Positions 34,234 to 34,606 of a stretch of DNA of 34,606 nt are shown in pieces. This stretch comes from a virus (taxonomy: Duplodnaviria > Caudoviricetes), in the IMG/VR virus record IMGVR_UViG_3300037780_000102, positions 1 through 34,606 of that record. One strand, given 5' to 3'. Under the pieces are notes generated by a model. That model searched no databases. It was not told the origin of the DNA and saw nothing but the letters and a program-made list of their open reading frames with translations. The position numbers and the translations under genes were made by a program. The stretch's first letter is position 1, and the number at the start of each line of letters is the position of its first letter.

Positions 34234-34598
34234 GGCAAAATACCTCTAGTGTGCAATAGATTTAGAACCCACTTGTAAAATTCCCCGATAATGGGGACGC
34301 TGATTATAAATAAAGCTATCCGCTTGACAGCTGCCCCGATCCGAATAACCCCTTGGGCATCGCGCCATAGCTGCACCATGCCTGAGGTACTCTTGGTCAC
34401 GTTCTCGACAGCATCCGTTAACTCCCCGGTTTGCTTCACGAGGTTTTCTATCGCCTCACTGTTTTTCCTGGAGCATTCGATCAGGGAATCCATCTTCTCG
34501 TCACCGCGCTCCAGGCGAGCGTTGGTGTCTTCGATGTGCTGATCGAGCCGCTTTTCGAGCTGTTTCAATGGTTCATCCATGGCCGACGATTTTACCAC
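34230..34598 (-). CDS. Coiled-coil protein with C-terminal transmembrane segment
   Basis: 122 aa from GTG (or ATG at 34580). Heptad repeats then IALFIISVPII. GTGA overlap with the fibre gene. Confidence 0.65.
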   Translation of the reverse strand: MVKSSAMDEPLKQLEKRLDQHIEDTNARLERGDEKMDSLIECSRKNSEAIENLVKQTGELTDAVENVTKSTSGMVQLWRDAQGVIRIGAAVKRIALFIISVPIIGEFYKWVLNLLHTRGILP

Positions 34599-34606
34599 TT
34601 AATCCG

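Noticed and set aside
31032-34598. BPP-1-type diversity-generating retroelement near the tail fibre
   Set aside because: No reverse transcriptase and no template/variable repeat pair seen in the window.

Overview
Most of a tailed dsDNA phage genome, opened inside the late operon. The minus-strand morphogenesis arm (1-9465) resembles Bordetella phage BPP-1 and other podoviruses: terS, terL, portal, scaffold, major capsid, cement protein and tail tube A/B. It continues at the right end (31032-34598) with tail-fibre genes and a papain-family peptidase. A roughly 1 kb non-coding control region (9466-10400) holds divergent sigma70-like promoters, iteron-like repeats and two IHF consensus sites. 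The plus-strand early arm (10402-20138) carries many small ORFs, an HD phosphohydrolase, a T5 A1-like nuclease and a glycosyltransferase. A minus-strand primase-helicase is followed directly by a lysis cassette. A plus-strand replication operon encodes a Cas4-like nuclease, SSB, family-B polymerase, VRR-NUC, dNMP kinase-like protein and SNF2 helicase. The standout feature is three complete type II hammerhead ribozymes (10778-10838, 11216-11280, 11669-11732). Each begins on the last base of a TAG stop codon and is followed by the same GGAGATAGTCACATG ribosome-binding site, so consecutive early genes form ribozyme-delimited cassettes. Other notable signals are a plasmid-style antisense RNA with a 4-codon uORF in the primase leader, a 58-bp duplication of the terS start flanking a DUF4031 gene, and a recurrent LDF[S/T] peptide motif in five DNA-transaction proteins. 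No integrase, tRNA or CRISPR array was seen. All family assignments come from motif recognition, not database searches.
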